DNA from: a virus
Lineage: Duplodnaviria; Caudoviricetes
Length of the DNA stretch: 30,979 bases
Reading direction: 5' to 3' (one strand)
IMG/VR virus record: IMGVR_UViG_3300032295_000239
Location: 1-30,979 of that record
Position numbers and translations under genes: made by a program
In this document: positions 18,293 to 27,270 of the stretch, piece after piece
Layout: each line of letters starts with the position of its first letter
Position numbering within the stretch: the stretch's first letter is position 1
The notes under the pieces: model-generated
Told to the model about the DNA's origin: nothing
Databases searched by the model: none
The model's input: only the letters and a program-made list of their open reading frames with translations

Positions 18293-19402
18293 CTAATTTT
18301 TGTTTTTGTTTTTAATTACTAATCTATTGCCGCGACTATCATCTAGTGCTGTAACTTTGAAACCTGGAGCTGGTGTAACTTGTGTTGCTTGTCGAGTCAT
18401 GTCTATATTTTTAGACTCTTTAGCAACATTGTCAACCGCATCTGTCATTCCCTTCTCATAGAAGAATTTGGCAAATTTCTCTGGGTTTGAAGCTACTGCA
18501 ATAGCACGATGGAAAGCTTCAGCATCCTTTAGATAACCTTCTTCATTCAAAAACTTTGATACAAAGTTCTGAAGATTCGATTGATCTTTCAGTAAGTCAG
18601 GTGCTTCAGCTGGTTTGTAAACTAATTTTTTATTCTCATCTAAATTAAATCCGAAACCTTCGAACTTTTCAGAGAACAACTCAGAAGTTTTATCAGTAAA
18701 ATACCTTGACCTTTTCGCTTGCTCTTCCTCCGCTTGATTCGCAGCTTGTTTATAACTCTTATAAGCATCATAGCTTTCTTTCTCTTCTTGCGGAACAAAA
18801 GATTCTCTTGACTCAAGAGGAACTTTATACTGTTCTTTTAAGCTGTTGAAATATTCCTTAGCTTTTGTGAGTTCTTTTTTCTTAGCCAATTGCTTTTTCT
18901 TAATTTCTTTCTCTTCTTCAAAATCTGGATCATATCCAAACTGAGTTTCAAGATCGAATTTAATATCTTCAATATCAAGATCTTTATCTTTATTCTTGCG
19001 ATATTCAAATAGCAATTGGTCCTGATCCATAGAATCATAGTCTTTATTTAACTTCATAAAGTCCTCGATTCCACGTCCAGTTTCTTTTTTATATTTCAAA
19101 TAGGTAGCAACCTCTGGATCTAAATCCTCATTGCTTGAACGTTGCTCAAACAACTCATCAAGATTACTAATCTCTTTGTTATATCTTTTTCCAATATATG
19201 AAAGAACTTTGTTGTCATCTATCTCAATCTCTTGAGGTTCGACTATAGGTGGAGTATCTTCAATAACCACCTTATCAACAGGTGCTTCTTCTATAGAAGC
19301 TACCCCTGTATTTTCTTCATGCTCTTTTATAAGCTGTTCTTCTATTTCGGCAACAGACTTTTCTTCGAAGTCTACTGCTCTTACTTTAAATTCACCTTCC
19401 AT
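18293..19402 (-). CDS. Capsid scaffolding protein (369 aa)
   Basis: Very acidic N-terminus, coiled coil and basic C-terminal tip. It lies immediately upstream of the capsid gene. Confidence 0.7.
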   Translation of the reverse strand: MEGEFKVRAVDFEEKSVAEIEEQLIKEHEENTGVASIEEAPVDKVVIEDTPPIVEPQEIEIDDNKVLSYIGKRYNKEISNLDELFEQRSSNEDLDPEVATYLKYKKETGRGIEDFMKLNKDYDSMDQDQLLFEYRKNKDKDLDIEDIKFDLETQFGYDPDFEEEKEIKKKQLAKKKELTKAKEYFNSLKEQYKVPLESRESFVPQEEKESYDAYKSYKQAANQAEEEQAKRSRYFTDKTSELFSEKFEGFGFNLDENKKLVYKPAEAPDLLKDQSNLQNFVSKFLNEEGYLKDAEAFHRAIAVASNPEKFAKFFYEKGMTDAVDNVAKESKNIDMTRQATQVTPAPGFKVTALDDSRGNRLVIKNKNKN

Positions 19403-19422
19403 TTGATTTAATTTATTTTTTA

Positions 19423-19430
19423 CAAAGATA
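19423..19430 (-). promoter_or_regulatory. Bacteroidota-type -7 promoter box TATCTTTG for the scaffold-capsid operon
   Basis: TAnnTTTG located 20 nt upstream of ATG 19402, with an A-rich leader. Confidence 0.65.
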
Positions 19431-19454
19431 ATAATTATATTTTATTACGTATAA

Positions 19455-19801
19455 ACTGCTAATAATGGCTAATATATTATGCAAAAACATATAAATATGG
19501 CTCAAATAGCTAATATATTATACATGAATATGAGCAAACCTAACTTATCAACATTCTTAATAAGGTGGTATTTTCATTCCTTTTTTCGAATTAAGAATTA
19601 ACATAGTATTGCTTATGAGGGGGGGTGTCATTTTCATATATACCCCCCCCATATAGGTATGTTTCTTATTTCTTAATTCTAAAACATCATGAATAAGAGC
19701 CAAAACAAAGATTTTTTTTGTCCTTTTGGCTGCTATTCAGTTGCCAAATCTGGAAAAATTCATGCAATTTGGCAAGCAAATAATCGGAAAAACTCCGATT
19801 A
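19455..19801. repeat. Non-coding array of back-to-back inverted repeats carrying paired motifs
   Basis: Inverted repeats GCTCA..TGAGC (19500-19535), TTCTTAA..TTAAGAA (19554-19597), G7..C8 (about 19615-19653), GAATA-AGCCAAAA..TTTTGGCT-TATTC (19691-19738), TTGCCAAAT..ATTTGGCAA (19741-19775) and TAATCGGA..TCCGATTA (19781-19801). Confidence 0.85.
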
Positions 19802-20440
19802 ATCTAGGTCTACATTGTCATAAAACATAGCATCTGAATCCTCAGTATGCCACTTGTCAAAACCTTCACAATTAAACCAAGCCTTGTTAACTAAATAGTC
19901 AGGCTTAGATGGAAACTCTCTAGTAACAAAAGATGGCTCATACCAACGTACTCTATTGTTTGGTTGTAATGCTATCTGACCATTATCAAGTAATATTATG
20001 TGATGTGACTTATGCTCTAGTGGATCTTCAGCTAATGTTATATCAGTATTTATATCGTTTGAACCCCAATTAATTGTAGCATAATAAGTTCCTTTATGCC
20101 ATTGTCTGTCCTTCATGTATACATCAACATTTGTATCATAAACATAAGAAAGTTGTGTCAATGTAAAACGATAGCTAAAACAATTCCATATTTGTAAATA
20201 ATGAAAAGGTAAATCGGGATTTGGTAACTCAGCCTCAGTTAATAAAGCATGGCTAGGTAATTTATCTCTCATAACACCATTATCAAGAAGAACTTGAAAT
20301 AATACAGCCTGCCATGGCATACATCTTATCGATATAATTACGCCTTCAGTAAATTCACCATGTCCTCTTTTAAATTGATACATATATTCATTCCTTACAA
20401 ATACCTTTAAAGGAAAGAAATTATGTTCTATGTATGCCAT
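19799..20440 (-). CDS. Conserved aquatic-phage protein of unknown function (213 aa)
   Basis: Motifs VRNEY, ENG/DNG...LP..A, LQIWNCFSY, G.Y..TI.W, EHKSHHII.LDNG.IA.QPNNR and W.TED recall a widespread uncharacterised marine/freshwater phage family. Confidence 0.75.
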   Translation of the reverse strand: MAYIEHNFFPLKVFVRNEYMYQFKRGHGEFTEGVIISIRCMPWQAVLFQVLLDNGVMRDKLPSHALLTEAELPNPDLPFHYLQIWNCFSYRFTLTQLSYVYDTNVDVYMKDRQWHKGTYYATINWGSNDINTDITLAEDPLEHKSHHIILLDNGQIALQPNNRVRWYEPSFVTREFPSKPDYLVNKAWFNCEGFDKWHTEDSDAMFYDNVDLD

Positions 20441-20443
20441 AAA

Positions 20444-20659
20444 CTATAATTTATGTTTTATCTTAACCTTCTTGGTTATAGGAAATGATAAATTAACATC
20501 AATATTAGTTTCAGTTGGATAATCAGAACCCTTTGATCTAGTTACAGAAACTGATACAGGTCCTTTAGATATAGTCGCTCCTGCGCTTGCATCATAACCA
20601 CTTGTTGGAGATGCAACGAGACTTCCGTAAGGCTTTACCTTTAATTTACTATTTCTCAT
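20444..20659 (-). CDS. Small basic protein with amphipathic beta-strand pattern (71 aa)
   Basis: Fits exactly between the portal stop (20661) and the next start (20440). It shows alternating hydrophobic residues. Confidence 0.6.
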   Translation of the reverse strand: MRNSKLKVKPYGSLVASPTSGYDASAGATISKGPVSVSVTRSKGSDYPTETNIDVNLSFPITKKVKIKHKL

Positions 20660-20660
20660 A

Positions 20661-23090
20661 CTACTTTGGATTAAATGATTCTAAATCAAACCCATCCAAA
20701 GAATCTTCTGTAGACTCAAAATTCAATGGTGGTAAGTTATTCTTTCTTTGATTAATTAACTCTGACTGTCTTGTTGCTTGAAGATCAACTCGCTTATCTT
20801 TAGCTTCTTCTTTCTTCTCTTCACGCTTCATTAAGTTATCAGTCTCAATGCCTTTAAGTTGCATATTGAATTGGAATTCTTTATCCATCAACTGAGCTTT
20901 AATAGCAGCTTCAGCTTGCATCTGCTGAACAGCAAAATTCATTTCAGCTTCTCTCAATTGTATTTTAGATTGAGCTTCAAGTTGAAGCAACTGTGCTTTA
21001 GACTCGGCAGCAGCTTGTTGAGATTGAATGTTACTTTGCATTTGCATTTGGAACTGCATTTCTGATTCCTTCTGCTTTTGCTCCATTCTCTTTCTTCTCT
21101 TTAATTTAAGCAACTCATTTGCCAACTTGATGTTATTAATCATCCTAATATCAATAGCATCCTCAAGGTCAATTGTTTGTTGCTGTAATGATACTTGAAT
21201 GTTAGCCTCAAGCATTTGTCTTTGCTCTTCATCTGGTGCTAATTCAATGAATATACCAAAGTCATGTAAATAAAGGTCCTTTACATCATTAAGAATTGCG
21301 ACATTATATTTACCTATCTGCATTGCGAATTCTTCAGCGAAGTCAGAGTACTCTAATATATCAGCAATTCGTATTGATAAACACTCAGCTAGTTTCTTAG
21401 TTATATTAAGACCACCTTCTAATATGTGACGTGTAGCTGTATTTGAATTTAATGCAGCTAATTTCTGAACACCAACCAATGCATCAGGACTTGGAGTTGA
21501 TCCATCTCTTACTTCATTAATACCAGTCACATCACGTATCATATTTAGATAGTGATTATAGTTACCAATTAAAGCAGCCATTTTAGATTGACCGCTATTT
21601 GAATTCAACTCTTGAATAGGAACTCTTGCGTTATTGAATTCACCATCTTGTGTGTAGCTTCGTCCAATAACACTACCAGTTTGGAAGTATAACTTTAACG
21701 CATCCTCTGGATTGTATGCTGCTCCTGTACCAAGGTCGACTTCATTAATACCATCAGCATCAATAAATACACCATCAGGAACTACCCTTGCCATTACTTG
21801 CTGTAACTTTAAGTGAGTAAGTTGTATCTGATCAGCAAAAGGAATCATACGTCTTACTAATGACTCAGTATTACCCTTATACATTCTAGGTGCAAACATT
21901 ACATAATTAGGAAGTGCGTTTTGTGTAGCCGACTTAGGTCTAACCATATTCTTCATCATATCCCATTTCAACATGATATTAGAACCACCTACCAATATAC
22001 CTTCATACCAAACGTCACGAACTGCCTCAACTTTTTCAAACATCATTCCTTCTTCAACTGGAGGATTGAATGTATCATTCTTTCTAATTACTCGTTCACC
22101 ACCATTCTCAAGAATTTTCTTCTTCCATACAAATCGCTTGCTAGTCTTATAGTTAAAATAAAGCAACGTAACAACCTCATTTAAAAAAGCATCATCCTGG
22201 TAATTACGAATAATAGGAAAATAACTATACCAAGCAGATGAAGCATTACGAATCTCTCTCAATTCCTCATCTGTTAAGTTTGGATTTATTTTTAAAAGTT
22301 CAGTGTAATGAACTTGTTTAACCTCACCAAAATAATAACAATCTGAAAAGTCATTCAACTCAGTATAACTATGAATGAAATTAGCAGGATCTACATAGTC
22401 AACCTTTAATCCATCGTTTACTAAAAATGTATGCCTTACAATAGCTTTACCCAAAACAGTTAAGTCATAATCAACTAACTTCTTTAATTTTGGGTACTCA
22501 TTCATTTTGAGAATAGTGTCAATAGCAACTTCTTCAGCAATCTCAATAGATGGCTTATATTTCATTTGCATATATAATGACAGCTCCTCATCGTTCTCTG
22601 GAAGCTCATCAGGATTGACATTAAATGCATCAATACCAAATTGATCCTTTGTCATTTGTAAGAAATCTTTAGCTACCATATCAGCCTCAATCATATCCTG
22701 AAAGATGTTCTTCTTTTCAGCAGACATAACATCTTGAGACTCAGCCTTAATAGTAAACAATCTATCATTCATACCATTGACAACAATGTCAACAAATTTT
22801 GGTATAATAGGTATTGGAGTCCAGTCTAAATTTAACATAGACATATCTCCATTTACTGCTAATTCATCTTTATATTTTTGTACTGGTTGTTCACCTCTTG
22901 CGTATAATCTTAAACGATGGAATTCACCCCATTGGTCATAGAACCGACATGTATTTGCTTTACGCTTAAACCACTCACCCTCAACAGATTTTGCAACCTT
23001 TAAACCATACTCTACTGTAGCTTTTTCTTCATCGCTAGCCATTTGGTTTGGAAAGGGTGATTGATAAATTGCAACTGATAATTTCTCCAT
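20661..23090 (-). CDS. Portal protein (809 aa)
   Basis: Follows TerL. Motifs LRLYARGEQ...KYK, LDWTPIPIIPKFVDIVVNG and IRDVTGINE.RDG, plus a long Gln-rich C-terminal coiled coil (barrel). Confidence 0.85.
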   Translation of the reverse strand: MEKLSVAIYQSPFPNQMASDEEKATVEYGLKVAKSVEGEWFKRKANTCRFYDQWGEFHRLRLYARGEQPVQKYKDELAVNGDMSMLNLDWTPIPIIPKFVDIVVNGMNDRLFTIKAESQDVMSAEKKNIFQDMIEADMVAKDFLQMTKDQFGIDAFNVNPDELPENDEELSLYMQMKYKPSIEIAEEVAIDTILKMNEYPKLKKLVDYDLTVLGKAIVRHTFLVNDGLKVDYVDPANFIHSYTELNDFSDCYYFGEVKQVHYTELLKINPNLTDEELREIRNASSAWYSYFPIIRNYQDDAFLNEVVTLLYFNYKTSKRFVWKKKILENGGERVIRKNDTFNPPVEEGMMFEKVEAVRDVWYEGILVGGSNIMLKWDMMKNMVRPKSATQNALPNYVMFAPRMYKGNTESLVRRMIPFADQIQLTHLKLQQVMARVVPDGVFIDADGINEVDLGTGAAYNPEDALKLYFQTGSVIGRSYTQDGEFNNARVPIQELNSNSGQSKMAALIGNYNHYLNMIRDVTGINEVRDGSTPSPDALVGVQKLAALNSNTATRHILEGGLNITKKLAECLSIRIADILEYSDFAEEFAMQIGKYNVAILNDVKDLYLHDFGIFIELAPDEEQRQMLEANIQVSLQQQTIDLEDAIDIRMINNIKLANELLKLKRRKRMEQKQKESEMQFQMQMQSNIQSQQAAAESKAQLLQLEAQSKIQLREAEMNFAVQQMQAEAAIKAQLMDKEFQFNMQLKGIETDNLMKREEKKEEAKDKRVDLQATRQSELINQRKNNLPPLNFESTEDSLDGFDLESFNPK

Positions 23091-25309
23091 TATTTTAATA
23101 TTTCGCTTCTAATTCCACGATTATCGTATTTTACAAATTTAATACTTATTTTCGATTCTTTTTTCTCTGTTTCAAATAAATGCTTACGTGTAGCCATTAT
23201 AGCTAGACCTGAACTAATAGAAGCATCATGTTTTGTTCTATTGTTTGGATCAAATCTAGCCCAATCTTCTAATGTCTTTGTAAAATACATTGATCCCATA
23301 CAGTCAGGATCTCTATACGTTCCCTCAATATCTAAACCTACATATTCCTCAATATAAGTCTCAATTGATGATGCATGCGCTTGCCTTACGTCTTCAGATG
23401 AGTTTGGTATTCCCCCTATCTCTATCTCAGTCTTAGATAGCTTTGTTTTGTGCTTGTCAGGCCTATTCATTGAATAAGCTCTATATCCCCTATTCTTAAA
23501 ATGATATAACAACCTAGCCTTATTGTTCTCTGCTAATAATGGCATACCATAAAATACGCATGACATTAAAACATCTTCGAAAAAAATCTCAGCAGTTTGT
23601 GGTCTAGCTATGTACTCTAAAAAGAATTCATTTGTTGGTGCTTCCTCCATGTGATATTTAGTCATACCATGCAATGCGCCATTCGATCCACCACCACCTA
23701 CTACTCCTGATATATCATAAGGGTCACATCCAAATGCTCCTAAATGCTCATTACCAGGATACTTCTTACCACCTCTTGTTATAACATTATTACGCAACCT
23801 GCTATTAGGAATCCAAGATACTAAAAATCTACCATTCTTATCAGGTGTCCAAATAACCTCACTGTCTTTTACTCCATTCTTCCAATGGAAATAACCTCTT
23901 GTTAATACCTGATCTTTGATTAATGAATCGTTGTAGTCAATCTGTTGGTATATCTTTGTCAAGTTAAAGACAGACTGCTTAGATTCATCTCTAAATGCAT
24001 GAGATTCACTTCTAGGAAACTGTCGGTAAAATTCATTCAATGCATCAGAGTCACTTTTCAATGCGGCAACCTCGTTGTTCCACCAGGTAATAACACCTTG
24101 CGTTATTATCTCCCCATCGATACCCTTTACAGGTTTATCAGGATCTTCAAATACAGGCCAACCAAATTCATCTATATATCCTTCAATATTCCACTCCATT
24201 GGAATGAACAACGAATAAAGTCCACTCTTAGTCTGACCATTCGCTGACCTTGTTCTAGGGTTGCTATCGTTATACAACTTTTTGAAGTTCTCACCACCTT
24301 TATTCAATGCATTTGATGTAGAACCCATCATGCATTTACCAACAATCTTACTACCTAACCTCAAGCATGTTTTAGTTACACGCCAGTTGTTTAATATGTT
24401 TTCAGGCTTTTCCCATTTACCACTTTCATCATGAACTAATAATAGAAGTTTCTCACCGTCATAACTGTTGTCAGCTGTGTTCTTCCAGTCAATTGTTGTA
24501 TCAAGTCCATCAATCTCTTCTTGATTCTCTTGATCCATATTCTTCCGAGTAATCTTACTAGCAGGAACACGAAATGCTAACTCAGTCTTTGGATTATCCA
24601 TACCATCCTGAATAGGCTTGAAGAAGAACGGATAGTTTCTTACAATTGGAACAACTTTATCAGTAAACATCTTCTTGGCATCACTACCAGTCTTTGACAA
24701 TATACCAATCCTAGAATCTCTTACTATTGTACCAGTATTACATATCTCCGAGCTAGACATAAATGAGAAACCAGAACGCCTATTTTTCAAGTATTCCATT
24801 CCAAAACACCTATTGTCAGCCTTACATGCCTCCCAATAGATATAGAATATCCTGTTTGATTCCCTAAAGTCAGGTAGACCAATATCAATCTTTGTCCATT
24901 GTAAATACATGTAATGTGTGCCTGTCATATAGGTTGGCTTACCATTATTTATAAACCAATGACCATTATCTCGTTTGTCAAATTCTGCTTCAATCAAGTC
25001 AACATACTTCGACTTAAAAGCATTATCTCGCCTATTCCAATCAAATATTGTCTTGATTTTTTGTAGTTCAGATGGGTACTCTTGCGCTACCCATTTGTTG
25101 CCGTAATCGGTAACTTTTTCAGGTGTTGAAGGAAGTGCAATCTTAACGCTATTAATTTCGTATATCTGACCAATAGTTCCATCTTTTGATATAACTACAA
25201 TGTCATAATCTTTATTATAACCATACTCCCAAGACTTATGTCTATTTTTGGTTGTCAATACATTCTTAGGAATGTAATCATCTAGTATAACGTAAAGATT
25301 ATTTTCCAT
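23090..25309 (-). CDS. terL: Terminase large subunit (739 aa)
   Basis: Walker A-like KNRRSGFS, Walker B LLVHDESGKW, coupling motif GSTSN, and RNase H-fold nuclease motifs GCDPYD, AENNK and HDASISSG. Confidence 0.9.
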   Translation of the reverse strand: MENNLYVILDDYIPKNVLTTKNRHKSWEYGYNKDYDIVVISKDGTIGQIYEINSVKIALPSTPEKVTDYGNKWVAQEYPSELQKIKTIFDWNRRDNAFKSKYVDLIEAEFDKRDNGHWFINNGKPTYMTGTHYMYLQWTKIDIGLPDFRESNRIFYIYWEACKADNRCFGMEYLKNRRSGFSFMSSSEICNTGTIVRDSRIGILSKTGSDAKKMFTDKVVPIVRNYPFFFKPIQDGMDNPKTELAFRVPASKITRKNMDQENQEEIDGLDTTIDWKNTADNSYDGEKLLLLVHDESGKWEKPENILNNWRVTKTCLRLGSKIVGKCMMGSTSNALNKGGENFKKLYNDSNPRTRSANGQTKSGLYSLFIPMEWNIEGYIDEFGWPVFEDPDKPVKGIDGEIITQGVITWWNNEVAALKSDSDALNEFYRQFPRSESHAFRDESKQSVFNLTKIYQQIDYNDSLIKDQVLTRGYFHWKNGVKDSEVIWTPDKNGRFLVSWIPNSRLRNNVITRGGKKYPGNEHLGAFGCDPYDISGVVGGGGSNGALHGMTKYHMEEAPTNEFFLEYIARPQTAEIFFEDVLMSCVFYGMPLLAENNKARLLYHFKNRGYRAYSMNRPDKHKTKLSKTEIEIGGIPNSSEDVRQAHASSIETYIEEYVGLDIEGTYRDPDCMGSMYFTKTLEDWARFDPNNRTKHDASISSGLAIMATRKHLFETEKKESKISIKFVKYDNRGIRSEILK
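23134..23141 (-). promoter_or_regulatory. Candidate -7 promoter box TAAATTTG upstream of the portal gene
   Basis: TAnnTTTG inside the 3' end of terL, 43 nt before the portal ATG. Confidence 0.4.
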
Positions 25310-25334
25310 TTATACGCCTTTTTGTAAAAAGTAT

Positions 25335-25601
25335 TTACTTCTTCTTTGCTCTACCTTCTGCGAATCCACCATTTCCTACGTTTATCGTAGGTGAATCACT
25401 ACTTTTATTCTCCTCCTCCTCAATCTTAGCTAACATATTCAAGGCATCCTCAAATGCCAACCTTTTAGCCGATGCAGCGTTCTTTAATTTATCTGCTGAT
25501 ATATCATCTTCAGATCGAGTGATAATTGGTTCTTTCAATACCTTTACCAACTCATCAATAGCAATCTTAGCTGCCTCTAATATCTCTATTTTTTTAGACA
25601 T
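25335..25601 (-). CDS. Putative terminase small subunit (88 aa)
   Basis: Short helical protein directly upstream of TerL, with a C-terminal GFAE motif. The assignment is positional. Confidence 0.5.
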   Translation of the reverse strand: MSKKIEILEAAKIAIDELVKVLKEPIITRSEDDISADKLKNAASAKRLAFEDALNMLAKIEEEENKSSDSPTINVGNGGFAEGRAKKK

Positions 25602-26146
25602 ATATTTCGATTATACATTCTATAAAGAACTTCATTATTTATTCTAAATTCATATTCACTATCAGGAGTGAATGACACAATATCACCAACCTCAACTTCC
25701 GTCATATCATCATTTTTAAATACAACCTCACCCCAAAGTTCTTCAAATGAACCTATGGGATTAAACATCTTGTCCTCAGATGGCACAGGTCGAATGAAAA
25801 CAAATGGAGATGGTGCACTCCAAAGGTTTTTATCTTTGGAATACAAATACACCTGCTCAGGCTCAACTACAAATAGGTCATCCTTTAAGTGATGCCAACT
25901 GCTCTTTTGTCTACCCCTCATGTCATAGTAAAACTTAAATACGTTATGATGGACAACAACAATGTCACCAATAGTTATAGGCCCATCATAATAAATTGGA
26001 ACAGATATTACTTCAGCAAATCTATTTGAAACTGTGTGATCTTCTTGCGAGGTACTTACAATGAACTCTTTGTCTCCGTAAGTTCTTATGTTGTCATACC
26101 TCCTACCATCAACAGCTTTGATGATAAAACAGTATGGTGCTTTCAT
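25586..26146 (-). CDS. Tandem double GroES-like protein (186 aa)
   Basis: Two GroES-type units: FIIK...AEVISVP...IGDIVVVH and FVFIRP...GEVV...VEVGDIVSF.P.SEYEF.I..E.LYRM. Confidence 0.55.
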   Translation of the reverse strand: MKAPYCFIIKAVDGRRYDNIRTYGDKEFIVSTSQEDHTVSNRFAEVISVPIYYDGPITIGDIVVVHHNVFKFYYDMRGRQKSSWHHLKDDLFVVEPEQVYLYSKDKNLWSAPSPFVFIRPVPSEDKMFNPIGSFEELWGEVVFKNDDMTEVEVGDIVSFTPDSEYEFRINNEVLYRMYNRNICLKK

Positions 26147-26364
26147 TAGAAATTTATATTATATTCAATTGATACAGGAACAGTGTCCGAAAACTCCTTC
26201 CATAAAACAATCTCGCCATCTTTTATGATATAAAGTTTAATACCATCTTCATTTCTTATTATCTGATAGATAGAATAACTTTTATCAAGAACTTCCTGTC
26301 CAACAGTATAGTTCATTGATTTCATATAGTCAGGGCCAATTGATATTTTTCTAATTATATTCAC
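26146..26364 (-). CDS. Conserved hypothetical protein (72 aa)
   Basis: IIRKISIG.DY...M.Y.VGQ...WK.F...PVSIEY pattern, translationally coupled to its neighbours. Confidence 0.7.
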   Translation of the reverse strand: MNIIRKISIGPDYMKSMNYTVGQEVLDKSYSIYQIIRNEDGIKLYIIKDGEIVLWKEFSDTVPVSIEYNINF

Positions 26365-26587
26365 CAGTCTGTAGGTTGATAGTTATATCGCCATATTTAG
26401 CAATTATTTCTTCTTGATATTTTGCTAAATCATGTGCCGCTATTTCTAAATTTGCTAGAGTTGATTTCTTTTTGCTTTTTAATCTTTCAAACGAAAGCTC
26501 TATGTCAGCAACTTCAAACTTCAAATCTCTAAAGCTGCGATTAAGTTCTGTCAATTTAGACAGTTCGTCTTGTTCAATTTTTTTCAT
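26351..26587 (-). CDS. Small coiled-coil protein, possible fibre or assembly chaperone (78 aa)
   Basis: Heptad pattern ending KYGDITINLQTGE. Confidence 0.6.
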   Translation of the reverse strand: MKKIEQDELSKLTELNRSFRDLKFEVADIELSFERLKSKKKSTLANLEIAAHDLAKYQEEIIAKYGDITINLQTGEYN

Positions 26588-26607
26588 TTTATTAAATTTT
26601 TATATTG

Positions 26608-26615
26608 CAAATATA
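26608..26615 (-). promoter_or_regulatory. Bacteroidota-type -7 promoter box TATATTTG heading the packaging operon
   Basis: TAnnTTTG in the intergenic gap, 20 nt upstream of ATG 26587. Confidence 0.6.
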
Positions 26616-26619
26616 GTAT

Positions 26620-27270
26620 TTATATACTAAATTTTCTTATAGCTCGAATAGAAAGAGAAGAATTATTTTTTTGCTCCAAAGATGGTCCGCCATTTACAAA
26701 TAAACTTTGCGCAACTGATCTAGCATTATCAAATTCAGTACTACTCCAATAACCATTATTGGTATATGAAATAATTTCACTTCCAGATATAACTCCATAA
26801 CTTGAATTACCAGATAAAGTTCTATTTATATTAAATCTATTTTGCCAAAGTAAACTAAGTTCATCAATAGCTGGTAAATACCAATCATTTTTATCTAATG
26901 AAATTAAATCTAAACACGTTTTAGCAGCACCATTTGTAAATCCTACTTGCCCTATAATTGCATTACTATTAGACAACCCATCCCATGTACTTTGAGCAGT
27001 TGAACCAATTAATGTAGATGTAACATTGCTCCAAGCCTGTCCAGAACTTTGATCAGTAATTGAAACAACCAAATAATTCTGAGTATTACCATCTAAATAT
27101 TTATGAAATATTACTCCACCTTCATCCTCAACGTACTCGCCTATCTCATATTGAAATACATTGCTACTAACAGCCGACATGTCAAATTGTTTCTGATCAC
27201 CACTAGCATCACTACCAAATAGTTTGTCTCCAGCTGCTGGAGTTTTAACTGGATAATTATTTACTTTCAT
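26620..27270 (-). CDS. DUF1566/Lcl-type C-type-lectin-fold virion adhesin candidate (216 aa)
   Basis: EIG....GGVIF, DWYLPAIDEL, YWSSTE and RAIRKF motifs, plus a short N-terminal fibre-anchor-like segment. Confidence 0.7.
   Translation of the reverse strand: MKVNNYPVKTPAAGDKLFGSDASGDQKQFDMSAVSSNVFQYEIGEYVEDEGGVIFHKYLDGNTQNYLVVSITDQSSGQAWSNVTSTLIGSTAQSTWDGLSNSNAIIGQVGFTNGAAKTCLDLISLDKNDWYLPAIDELSLLWQNRFNINRTLSGNSSYGVISGSEIISYTNNGYWSSTEFDNARSVAQSLFVNGGPSLEQKNNSSLSIRAIRKFSI

Noticed and set aside
19455-19801. CRISPR array or tRNA genes in the intergenic gap
   Set aside because: No constant repeat with regular spacers, and no cloverleaf or T-loop GTTC signature seen.
6053-26752. Remaining short plus-strand ORFs and off-frame minus ORFs (for example 13181-13390, 13502-13684, 18838-19038)
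   Set aside because: They lie wholly within well-supported genes and lack start context or family resemblance.
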